From assembly GCA_004764695.1 (NCBI GenBank), contig SMSO01000010.1:61454-125453 (forward strand): DNA of 64,000 nucleotides, written 5' to 3'. Every line of letters starts with the position of its first letter. Positions within the stretch are counted from its first letter, which is position 1. The position numbers and the translations under genes were made by a program. The notes below the pieces were generated by a model that had not been told where the DNA came from, did not search any database, and saw only the letters and a program-made list of their open reading frames with translations. Positions 38,801 through 48,048 of the stretch are shown piece by piece. The stretch is from Schizochytrium sp. TIO01. Lineage: Eukaryota > Protista > Bigyra: Labyrinthulomycetes.

Positions 38801-40828
38801 CTGCATTTTGCGGTGATGGTATCATGCATCAGATGCGTCGAGCAGAAAGAAAGCATCGCTTTCAAGAATCCTTGAGGTTTTAAAAAGTTTTAGTAAAATC
38901 TTTATCGCGTGAAACATTTTGTAATTGAAAAAACAAACGAAAGTAGCCTTTGAAAGAGCTCATCGATGCGCGAGGTCATATGCTCAGCGTGACTTTGAGA
39001 CCTGAAAAGAGCGAGATCATACTTAGGTCTTCAGTTATTCCTTACTCACCCTTCTTATTTCAAAGTACTAGCTTCCAGCAAAGAGGGAAGGAACGCAAAG
39101 CAAAACAAGGACTTTTGAACAAACTCCACAGACTTAACAGCTCTGGCTGCCTCTCATCGCCCATTCTCAATTGAAGAGATCGAACGCCAGTTAGTAACTA
39201 ACTAACTAACTACAACTTCTTCATAGCGAATAGCTAGGTAGATAAATGGATAGATAGACAGAGATAGATAGCCATATGCTGCATGCTGTGCTATGCTACC
39301 TCGGTACTTGCGAAGTAGCTGAGAGAGTGTTCCAGGGCCTCTTCGTCCTTTAAGCAACTCCTCGGCTGTGCCTGACTTGGAAAATGGAGAGTCTCGAATT
39401 GGTGCTCTCTCTTCTTTTTTTTCGTTTTCTTTTTCTTTCGTTTTCTCGCGGCCTCTTAATCAGTCCTTCGATAGTTAGAATGGCTCTAATCGATGCGTCT
39501 TTGTGAGGCGATATTTGCTAGAGCGGTGCTCTTTTGCCCCAAAGCACCCCTTCGTGGATAAACCATTCATTCATTCATTTATTCATCCATTCATTCATGT
39601 TCAAAGGACTGAGATTCTCATGTTTGCGTCTCTTTACTCGATGGATTTGCCGTCTGCAAAGTCCCTTGAAGCTGTTATGAGGAAAACAACAAAGGCAACT
39701 TATCAGGCGTTTAAGAATGCTTGAAGATAAAATATGCGTATGGCCGCGACAAAATGAGAAAGCCACTGCGCATAAAGGAAAGCATGCATTTCCGAAGAAT
39801 CGACGCAGAGAATAACTTTTAAATGCCTCCTTCTATCTCGCATGTTCAATCCCTGTCACACACTACACTAGAATCATTGTTTATTTTTTATTTTCAAGAA
39901 AGGTGGAGTTTCACTTTCAATAAATAATCGATTGAATCAGTTCTTTGCAATGTCTCCAAATTGATAAAATCTTTATTGTTGAATCTCTTTTATTTGAAAA
40001 GAAGAAAAGAAGGGAATCCAGAAAGGAGAGAAAGGGGCGAAAGGAAATTTGCTGTTCAGACTATGATTCGAGAAACAAGAATACGATGCAAGTTCAATCT
40101 GTTTATGATTCGAGTTAAGAACCTATCGCAAACCCCAACTCCATTGCTTGATAATAATCGCTCAGCATAGCCTCTATGGTCATGTTTCGCCATCGCGCAG
40201 CTCCTATCAAGATCTTTAAGCTCGCTGAGATGAGTTTGCAAAAATATTTCTGCAATTCCTCATACTCGCGCAATCTCGCGAGTTTGGAGCACTTTTTTCC
40301 GAAGCAGGGGAGAGAAGCATTTGATCACTATTTTGTAGTTGTATCGTTATTCATCTTGCTCTCAATTTCCGAGACAAATCTTGGCTATCAAAGCGTGCTT
40401 CTGACCTTTCTTATTCCTTTAAAATAAAATAAACTGCAAAATGTATTATATAATTTATTTTTAACATTTGAAAATAAAGAAAAAAATGTTAATGTCTTCT
40501 TCCTTTAAAAAAAATAAAATAAGTTTGAGTTGATTTGATTTTCTTTGTTTTCATAAGAGTCCCTCATGAAAACTTCTTGTTTTCATTACAGTATGTGGAA
40601 TAAACTTTTCTTGATTGATCAAGAGCCTTTGACTTCTTCAAGTTGCACCTTGGAAGTTTTCGGGTCTGTGAGAAACAAAGTAGATAGACATGACGGACGG
40701 CTCACAAAGAGAAACTTGGGTTATTTCTTTCTTTCGCCAGGAACTCATCAGATTAACACCTAGTTTATCGATTTATTTAGAAATTAATATTTCTGATAAA
40801 ATATATATATTTATTTAATATTATTTAT

Positions 40829-40832
<4 letters not shown>

Positions 40833-40875
<43 letters not shown>
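40833..40875 (+). repeat. Poly(dA) tract, 43 nt, ~180 bp upstream of the paralog B start
   Basis: Direct read. Poly(dA:dT) tracts are established nucleosome-excluding promoter elements. Confidence 0.9.
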
Positions 40876-40880
<5 letters not shown>

Positions 40881-40940
40881 CACAAAGGTTTGAAAAGAAA
40901 AAGCCAAGACAAGCCTAGGCAAGAGCAGAGTGCCATTCAT

Positions 40941-41038
40941 GTATGCTGCAGGAGGAATTTCAAACTAAGTGCCCAATTTCAACCAGGGGCACGGCAAACC
41001 CCAAACTCGATCTTCGGAGGTCGCCTGCCTGTGCGCAG
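40941..41038 (+). other. Candidate 5'UTR intron of paralog B (GTATG...CAG)
   Basis: AT|GTATG donor and gcctgcctgtgcgCAG|CC acceptor 17 nt before the ATG. Confidence 0.35.
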
Positions 41039-41055
41039 CCTTCGACATCGTAACA

Positions 41056-44000
41056 ATGCTCAAGAACTGGGCCGTGGCCGTGGCCACTCTGCTCTGTGCC
41101 GTCAACTCGGCTGCCGCTGTGACCACATGCATCTTCGATGTGGTCCTCGTCTTTGACATTTCCGGCAACTCGAGCTACATTGAGGCCCAGCAAGAGAGCG
41201 CCATCAATGCTCTCCCGTACTTCAACATTGGTACTGCTAACAGCAAGGATCATTTTGGTGCCATGTGCCTTGACGATCAGGTCTCGGTCCAGCGCGACCT
41301 TGCCAACTTTACTAGCAATGATGACACCAAGAACTACATTCATTATGATGTAGTTGCTTCTACCTCAAACGAGACCAACCTGTTTCTCGGCCTTACACAC
41401 GCTAAAGAGATGATGGTCAATGCCCGCGACTACGCTACCAAGCTTATTATTGTCTTCAGTGATGGCAACAACAACATTGAGAACGTCAACAAAACTACCG
41501 TGTACCAATACTGCGATGGAATGACAAACAAGAAGAAAACTGCCGATGGCTACGAAATTTCTTGTCTTGCCGGTATTGTAGAGGATGCCATCGATAATAT
41601 GGATGTTAACGTGCTTTACTCGCCGATCATGAACAGTTCCAGTGATGTCTTTCAGACCAGCCCGCTCTCCAACTATGTTATGGAGCTTGAACCTTACCTG
41701 GAGGCAATCGTTCGTAGTGATAACTGTTCTAGCATCACAGGTGGCAACACGACCATTGTTACAGGCGCTCCCTCTTCTGGTGGTCTTGACGGCGGCAGCC
41801 CAACCGCTAGCGGCAGCTCTTCAACACCCAAGCCCACGTCCAAGCCTACTCTTAACGGTGGTTCTGACACCGACAACGAGAACGGCAGCACCAGCAAACC
41901 TACTGCCAAGCCGACCTCCAAGCCTTCCACTGGATCTTCCACTGGCAACGAGAACGGCAGCACCAGCAAACCTACTGCCAAGCCGACCTCCAAGCCTTCC
42001 TCTGGATCTTCCACCGGCAGCACCAGCAAGCCCACTGCTAAGCCTACCTCTAAACCTTCCACTGGATCCTCCACTGGCAACGAGAACGGCAGCACAAGCA
42101 AACCTACTGCCAAGCCTACCGCCAAGCCTTCCTCTGGATCTTCCACTGGCAGCACCAGCAAGCCCACTTCTAAGCCGACTTCCAAGCCTACATCTGAGAA
42201 CAGTGTGACCCCATCTCCTACCACCAAGCCCGAGACTGGCAATGGTGAAGGCACCACTGATGCCCCAACCTCGAAGCCTACCAAGAAGCCCAGCTCTGGA
42301 TCCGGATCTTCTACTAGCGCACCTACCTCTAAGCCCACCAAGAAGCCCACTTCTGGTTCTGGCTGCACAGGCTCTGACTGCGGCTCCAGCCCTACTGCTG
42401 AGCCCACCTCGGAGCCTACTGCTCAGCCTACTTCCAATGGTGGTGTTCAGACCTCAACTAGCGCGCCCACCTCTAAGCCCACCAAGTTGCCCACTTCTGG
42501 ATCTTCTACCGGTGTACCTACCTCTAAGCCCACCAAGAAGCCCACTTCTGGTTCTGGCTGCACAGGCTCTGACTGTGGTTCCAGCCCTACCGCCGCACCG
42601 ACTGCCGAGCCTACTGCTCAGCCTACTTCCAATGGTGGTGTCCAGACCTCTACTAGCGCGCCCACCTCTAAGCCCACCAAGTTGCCCACTTCTGGATCTT
42701 CTACCGGTGCGCCTACCTCTAAGCCCACCAAGAAGCCCACTTCTGGTTCTGGCTGCACAGGCTCTGACTGTGGTTCCAGCCCTACCGCCGCACCGACTGC
42801 CGAGCCTACTGCTCAGCCTACTTCCAATGGTGGTGTCCAGACCTCTACTAGCGCGCCCACCTCTAAGCCCACCAAGAAGCCCACTTCTGGATCTGGCTGC
42901 ACAGGATCTGACTGTGGTTCAAGCTCTACTGGTGCCCCCACTTCTAAGCCGACCAAGCTGCCCACTGCTGGATCGTCCACTTCTGCCCCGACCTCCAAGC
43001 CGACCAAGAAGCCCACTTCTGGTTCTGGATGCACTGGATCTGACTGTGGTTCCAGCCCTACCGCCGCCCCGACTGCCGAGCCCACCGCTGAGCCCACTTC
43101 TGGTTCTGGATGCACCGGATCTGACTGTGGTTCCAGCCCTACTGCCGCACCAACTGTGACTGCTCCTCCAAGCCAGGGAGGCGAGAGCTCTGGCAATACC
43201 GATGCCCCCACTGCTCAGCCTACCTCTGGTTCTGGATCTTCTACTTCTGCCCCGACCTCCAAGCCGACCAAGAAGCCTACCTCTGGTTCTGGATGCACCG
43301 GATCTGACTGTGGCTCCAGCTCTACCTCTGCCCCGACCTCTAAGCCAACCAAGCTGCCCACTGCTGGATCGTCCACTTCTGCCCCGACCTCCAAGCCGAC
43401 CAAGAAGCCCACTTCTGGTTCTGGATGCACTGGATCTGACTGTGGTTCCAGCCCTACCGCCGCCCCGACTGCCGAGCCCACCGCAGAGCCCACTTCTGGT
43501 TCTGGATGCACCGGATCTGACTGTGGTTCCAGCCCTACTGCCGCACCAACTGTGACTGCTCCTCCGAGCTCGGGAGGCGAGAGCTCTGGCAATACCGATG
43601 CCCCCACTGCTCAGCCTACCTCTGGTTCTGGATCCTCTACTTCTGCCCCTACTTCTAAGCCGACCAAGAAGCCTACTTCTGGTTCTGGATGCACCGGATC
43701 TGACTGTGGTTCAAGCTCTACTGGTGCCCCCACTTCTAAGCCGACCAAGCTGCCCACTGCTGGATCGTCCACTTCTGCCCCGACCTCCAAGCCGACCAAG
43801 AAGCCCACTTCTGGTTCTGGATGCACTGGATCTGACTGTGGTTCCAGCCCTACTGCTGCCCCTACTGCCGAGCCCACTTCTGGTTCTGGATGCACCGGAT
43901 CTGACTGTGGCTCCAGCCCTACCTCTGCTCCGACCACATCTGGTACTGTAGAGACTTCCACTGGTGCACCTACCTCTAAGCCTACCTCTGGTTCTGGATG

Positions 44001-46740
44001 CACTGGATCTGACTGTGGTTCCAGCTCTACCTCTGCCCCGACCTCCAAGCCGACCAAGAAGCCTACTTCTGGTTCTGGATGCACCGGATCTGACTGTGGC
44101 TCCAGCTCTACCTCTGCCCCGACCTCTAAGCCAACCAAGCTGCCCACTGCTGGATCGTCCACTTCTGCCCCGACCTCCAAGCCGACCAAGAAGCCCACTT
44201 CTGGTTCTGGATGCACTGGATCTGACTGTGGTTCCAGCCCTACCGCCGCCCCGACTGCCGAGCCCACCGCAGAGCCCACTTCTGGTTCTGGATGCACCGG
44301 ATCTGACTGTGGTTCCAGCCCTACTGCCGCACCAACTGTGACTGCTCCTCCGAGCTCGGGAGGCGAGAGCTCTGGCAATACCGATGCCCCCACTGCTCAG
44401 CCTACCTCTGGTTCTGGATCCTCTACTTCTGCCCCTACTTCTAAGCCGACCAAGAAGCCTACCTCTGGTTCTGGATCCTCTACTTCTGCCCCTACTTCTA
44501 AGCCGACCAAGAAGCCTACTTCTGGTTCTGGATCCTCTACTTCTGCCCCTACTTCTAAGCCGACCAAGAAGCCTACTTCTGGTTCTGGATCGTCCACTTC
44601 TGCCCCGACCTCTAAGCCGACTGTCGAGCCTACTTCTGGTTCTGGATGCACCGGATCTGACTGTGGTTCTGGTCCGACTGCCGCACCGACTGTGACTGCC
44701 CCTCCGAGCTCGGGAGGCGAGAGCTCTGGTAACACCGATGCTCCTACTGCTAAGCCGACCAAGAAGCCCTCTTCTGGTTCTGGATCTTCTACTTCTGCCC
44801 CGACCTCTAAGCCGACCAAGAAGCCTACTTCTGGATCATCCACCTCTGCCCCGACCTCTAAGCCTACAAAGAAGCCCTCTTCCGATTCTGGTTGCACCGG
44901 ATCTCACTGTGGTGGTGACAGCCCCACTGCTGCCCCGACTGTCAAGCCCACGACTTCTGGCACTGTAGAGACTAATACTGATGCGCCTACCTCGAAGCCC
45001 ACTAAGAAACCGAGCTCTGGTTCCGGATCTTCTACTTCTGCCCCGACCAAGAGTCCGACCAAGAAGCCCTCTTCCGGTTCTGAGAGCACCCCGGCACCTA
45101 CACCGTTGCCCACTTCTAGTTGCTCTGGATCTGGCTGTGGATCTGGCTCTACTGCTTCCCCGACCTCGAAGCCCACCAAGAAGCCCACTTCTAATGGCAA
45201 CTCCGAGAGTAATACCGATGCCCCCACCAAGAAGCCCACTAAACAGCCCACATCTGGTTCTTCTACTGATGCTCCTACTGCTAAGCCGACCAAGAACCCT
45301 ACTTCTAGTTCCGGTTCCAGCAGCGGATCTAGCAGCAGCAGCAGCTCCTCTAGTTCTTCCTCGTCCTCATCTAGCAGCAGCAGCTCCTCCAGTTCTTCCT
45401 CGTCCTCATCTAGCAGCAGCAGCTCCTCCAGTTCAAGTGGCTCCTCTAGCAGCAGTGGATCTTCCTCCTCGTCTAGCAGCAGCTCCTCCAGTTCTTCTTC
45501 ATCTAGCAGCAGCAGTTCCTCCAGTTCTTCCTCTTCCTCATCCAGCAGCTCAGGCTCCGGATCTGGTTCAAGCAGCGACACCGCAGCACCTACGAAGAAG
45601 CCCACTAGCAGCTCTAGCTCTTCCGAGGGTACCACCAGTGCCCCAACCTCCAAGCCAACCAAGAAGCCCACTTCCGCTTCTTCTGGTTCTGACAATGGCA
45701 GCACCGCCGCTCCCACCAAGAAGCCTACCTCTTCTAGTTCGGGATCTGGCTCTGGCAGCAGCACTAGTGCCCCGACCAAGAAGCCCACATCTGCTTCTTC
45801 GGGTTCTGACAACGGCAGCAGCACCAAGGCACCGACCGCCAAGCCCACCAAGAAGCCCACTAGCAGCTCTAGTTCTGGTTCCTCTGAAAGCAGCACCAGT
45901 GCTCCCACCAAGAAGCCCACTTCCGCTTCTTCGGGTTCTGACAACGGCAGCAGCACCAGTGCTCCCACCAAGAAGCCTACCTCTTCTTCTTCTGGTTCTG
46001 ACAATGGCAGCACTAGTGCTCCCACCAAGAAGCCTACCTCTTCTAGTTCGGGATCTAGCTCTAGCTCCAGCAGCAGCTCTTCTAGCTCAAGCTCCAGTAG
46101 CAGCTCTTCCAGCTCCAGCAGCAGCTCTTCTAGCTCTAGCTCCTCGTCTGGATCTAGCTCTGGCTCCTCGTCTGGATCTAGCTCTAGTAGTTCGAGCTCC
46201 AGCTCTTCATCCTCTTCGTCATCCAGCTCCTCGTCTTCTTCGTCTAGCTCCAGCAGTTCGAGCTCCAGCTCTTCCTCTGGATCTAGCTCCAGCTCTGGCT
46301 CATCGCCTACCAAGGCCCCGACTAAGAAGCCCAACTCCAGTTCTAGCTCTGGATCTAGCTCTAGCAGCAGCAGCAGCTCTTCTTCGTCTAGCTCCAGCTC
46401 CTCATCTTCTTCTTCGTCGTCTTCGTCCAGCTCCTCTAGCTCCAACTCTGGTTCTAGCTCGGGTTCTAGCTCTGGCTCAAGCAGCAGCTCTTCTAGCTCC
46501 AGCTCCAGCAGTGCTTCCAGCTCTAGCTCCAGCTCCAGCAGTGCCTCTAGCTCCAGCAGCTCCAACTCTGGTTCTAGCTCTGGTTCTAGCTCTGACTCAA
46601 GCAGCAGCTCGTCTAGCTCCAGCTCCAGCAGTGCCTCCAGCTCTTCTAGCTCTAGCTCATCCGACTCTAGCTCCAGCAGCGAGTCTGGCGCCCGCCGCCT
46701 CTTCAACTGGGGCCGCAGATTGCTTCGCGGAACGATGTAA
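41056..46740 (+). CDS. Secreted VWA-domain, Ser/Thr/Pro-rich mucin-like extracellular protein (1894 aa), paralog B
   Basis: ORF track starts at GTG 40969, but first ATG 41056 gives signal peptide MLKNWAVAVATLLCAVNSAAA matching paralog A. VWA motifs CIFDVVLVFDISG, DHFGA, ETNLFLGL, TKLIIVFSDG (~41128-41727). PTSKPTKKPT and GCTGSDCG repeats, poly-Ser; ends RRLLRGTM. Confidence 0.9.
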   Translation: MLKNWAVAVATLLCAVNSAAAVTTCIFDVVLVFDISGNSSYIEAQQESAINALPYFNIGTANSKDHFGAMCLDDQVSVQRDLANFTSNDDTKNYIHYDVVASTSNETNLFLGLTHAKEMMVNARDYATKLIIVFSDGNNNIENVNKTTVYQYCDGMTNKKKTADGYEISCLAGIVEDAIDNMDVNVLYSPIMNSSSDVFQTSPLSNYVMELEPYLEAIVRSDNCSSITGGNTTIVTGAPSSGGLDGGSPTASGSSSTPKPTSKPTLNGGSDTDNENGSTSKPTAKPTSKPSTGSSTGNENGSTSKPTAKPTSKPSSGSSTGSTSKPTAKPTSKPSTGSSTGNENGSTSKPTAKPTAKPSSGSSTGSTSKPTSKPTSKPTSENSVTPSPTTKPETGNGEGTTDAPTSKPTKKPSSGSGSSTSAPTSKPTKKPTSGSGCTGSDCGSSPTAEPTSEPTAQPTSNGGVQTSTSAPTSKPTKLPTSGSSTGVPTSKPTKKPTSGSGCTGSDCGSSPTAAPTAEPTAQPTSNGGVQTSTSAPTSKPTKLPTSGSSTGAPTSKPTKKPTSGSGCTGSDCGSSPTAAPTAEPTAQPTSNGGVQTSTSAPTSKPTKKPTSGSGCTGSDCGSSSTGAPTSKPTKLPTAGSSTSAPTSKPTKKPTSGSGCTGSDCGSSPTAAPTAEPTAEPTSGSGCTGSDCGSSPTAAPTVTAPPSQGGESSGNTDAPTAQPTSGSGSSTSAPTSKPTKKPTSGSGCTGSDCGSSSTSAPTSKPTKLPTAGSSTSAPTSKPTKKPTSGSGCTGSDCGSSPTAAPTAEPTAEPTSGSGCTGSDCGSSPTAAPTVTAPPSSGGESSGNTDAPTAQPTSGSGSSTSAPTSKPTKKPTSGSGCTGSDCGSSSTGAPTSKPTKLPTAGSSTSAPTSKPTKKPTSGSGCTGSDCGSSPTAAPTAEPTSGSGCTGSDCGSSPTSAPTTSGTVETSTGAPTSKPTSGSGCTGSDCGSSSTSAPTSKPTKKPTSGSGCTGSDCGSSSTSAPTSKPTKLPTAGSSTSAPTSKPTKKPTSGSGCTGSDCGSSPTAAPTAEPTAEPTSGSGCTGSDCGSSPTAAPTVTAPPSSGGESSGNTDAPTAQPTSGSGSSTSAPTSKPTKKPTSGSGSSTSAPTSKPTKKPTSGSGSSTSAPTSKPTKKPTSGSGSSTSAPTSKPTVEPTSGSGCTGSDCGSGPTAAPTVTAPPSSGGESSGNTDAPTAKPTKKPSSGSGSSTSAPTSKPTKKPTSGSSTSAPTSKPTKKPSSDSGCTGSHCGGDSPTAAPTVKPTTSGTVETNTDAPTSKPTKKPSSGSGSSTSAPTKSPTKKPSSGSESTPAPTPLPTSSCSGSGCGSGSTASPTSKPTKKPTSNGNSESNTDAPTKKPTKQPTSGSSTDAPTAKPTKNPTSSSGSSSGSSSSSSSSSSSSSSSSSSSSSSSSSSSSSSSSSSSSSGSSSSSGSSSSSSSSSSSSSSSSSSSSSSSSSSSSSSSGSGSGSSSDTAAPTKKPTSSSSSSEGTTSAPTSKPTKKPTSASSGSDNGSTAAPTKKPTSSSSGSGSGSSTSAPTKKPTSASSGSDNGSSTKAPTAKPTKKPTSSSSSGSSESSTSAPTKKPTSASSGSDNGSSTSAPTKKPTSSSSGSDNGSTSAPTKKPTSSSSGSSSSSSSSSSSSSSSSSSSSSSSSSSSSSSSSGSSSGSSSGSSSSSSSSSSSSSSSSSSSSSSSSSSSSSSSSSSGSSSSSGSSPTKAPTKKPNSSSSSGSSSSSSSSSSSSSSSSSSSSSSSSSSSSSSNSGSSSGSSSGSSSSSSSSSSSSASSSSSSSSSASSSSSSNSGSSSGSSSDSSSSSSSSSSSSASSSSSSSSSDSSSSSESGARRLFNWGRRLLRGTM
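42320..44960 (+). repeat. Coding higher-order tandem repeat (PTSKPTKKPT / GSGCTGSDCG / PTAAPTAEPT modules; ~195-bp and 396-bp periods)
   Basis: Near-identical DNA blocks; NTDAPTAQPT module at ~43195, ~43591, ~44377. Confidence 0.9.
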
Positions 46741-47937
46741 TATCCGAACCGTCAAGATCTTCAATTCTGATAGGATCGATAATCAATCAAAACAGATCTT
46801 TATGAAAATATCTTTTATCTTACCTAAGTTCTTTCTTGGCTTCGTTGCAGCTATGTTCAGACTTATGGCACACATAGTTAGTTACTTAGTTCTTTGGTGA
46901 ACTTGTCAATTGGGTTTGTGGATTCCGAAAGTAAACGCTTAATTGAGAGGTTTCAAGACTGGGAATGGCCAAACAAGAACGAATCTCATCGAAGAATGCA
47001 TACAGATAGTTAGTCACTTTCACAGCGTAGACGAAGCCAAGGCAACTGTCGCGGAATGAATGATCAGTTCTCTACAGCGGTTGCATGTTATGAAGAGATC
47101 ATGGCACCGCGGGTACAGCTTGGAGGTGGAGTGAAGGCTTGGATTGAGACATTCAACCAGCTTTGAAATTATGTCGGTACTGCGACTGACCCAAACTCAA
47201 TTTAGTCGTTATGTATCCCACATATAAAAGCACTTAGCTTTTGCAATAACCAAGTAAGCAATTGTGGAGAGGCATACAGCTTATATGGTGCTCTACTGCT
47301 ATCTTAAAATATCCAAAGCTGTGTTCCTTGTCGAGTTCTTTCTTGTCGCACCATCCATCATCATGTCTTTGGTTTTTGTCTTCGTCTTACGCTTTAAACC
47401 CAACGTTTTGTGGGTCTTTCCCTGTGCGAGACTAGCACGAGGGGACTAGCCACTCCCTAGGCACTTCTATGTACTACAGCTTGGGAGAACTATGAGTGTT
47501 GAGTCGTATGTTTTCCAATAGTTACATTCTTATCCTCTCCTCTTTTTAAAATGATCCGTTGTGTTGGCGCGGATGGTCACTCTCAAAACTCCCAAGCTTG
47601 CAACTCAAACTTATCCTTGTCCTAACTTGAGCACAGCTAAAGACCAGATGAAGGCAAGGCATCGCCCATGTAGCTTTGTGAGCTTGTCATCCTCAGCGAA
47701 CAATATCTTGGAATTCAAAGATAATAATAGAGCAAGAATACTCAACACAGTATAAGGTGTTGTTCTTAAGTGGTGCGCTGTCCTGGTGTAACAGGGAACA
47801 GGCTTGCGGTGTGCCCAGTGTTTTCATTTTAGAGTACCTTTTTCGATATAGTTGTATTGGTCGACTAGCTAGATAGTTGCCCCAAGTCCTTCCTTGTGGT
47901 CTCTGCTCTTGTTGAGCGAGTCAGAGTAGAGACATAG

Positions 47938-48024
47938 GTAAGTGAGCTTTCCTCTTGCGCGTTTGGAGCGCGCGGGAAATCTCCCTGCCGACGCCCGCAG
48001 GATTGGATCGGAGGCATCCTGCAG
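47938..48024 (+). other. Candidate 5'UTR intron of the NEK gene
   Basis: Consensus donor AG|GTAAGT at 47938; CAG acceptors at 48000 or 48024, just upstream of ATG 48049. Confidence 0.35.
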
Positions 48025-48048
48025 ATTGCCAACGCAATCAGCCCCGAA

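Noticed and set aside
39840-39860. GTTCAATCCC tRNA B-box-like motif (also ~59332-59343)
   Set aside because: No cloverleaf, A-box or proper T-stem.
40969-41055. GTG-initiated N-terminal extension of paralog B (and TTG extension of DUS2, 54474-54539)
   Set aside because: Eukaryotic context; the downstream ATG gives the signal peptide or family N-terminus.
44981-46900. Long Ala/Pro/Leu alternative-frame ORFs over the VWA stalks (also 9693-11753)
   Set aside because: Out-of-frame reading of low-complexity codon-biased repeats; non-ATG or incidental starts.
47090-47165. Fragment APRVQLGGGVKAWIE resembling a Tc1 transposase or rhodanese motif
   Set aside because: Too short, surrounded by stops, no TIRs or other motifs.
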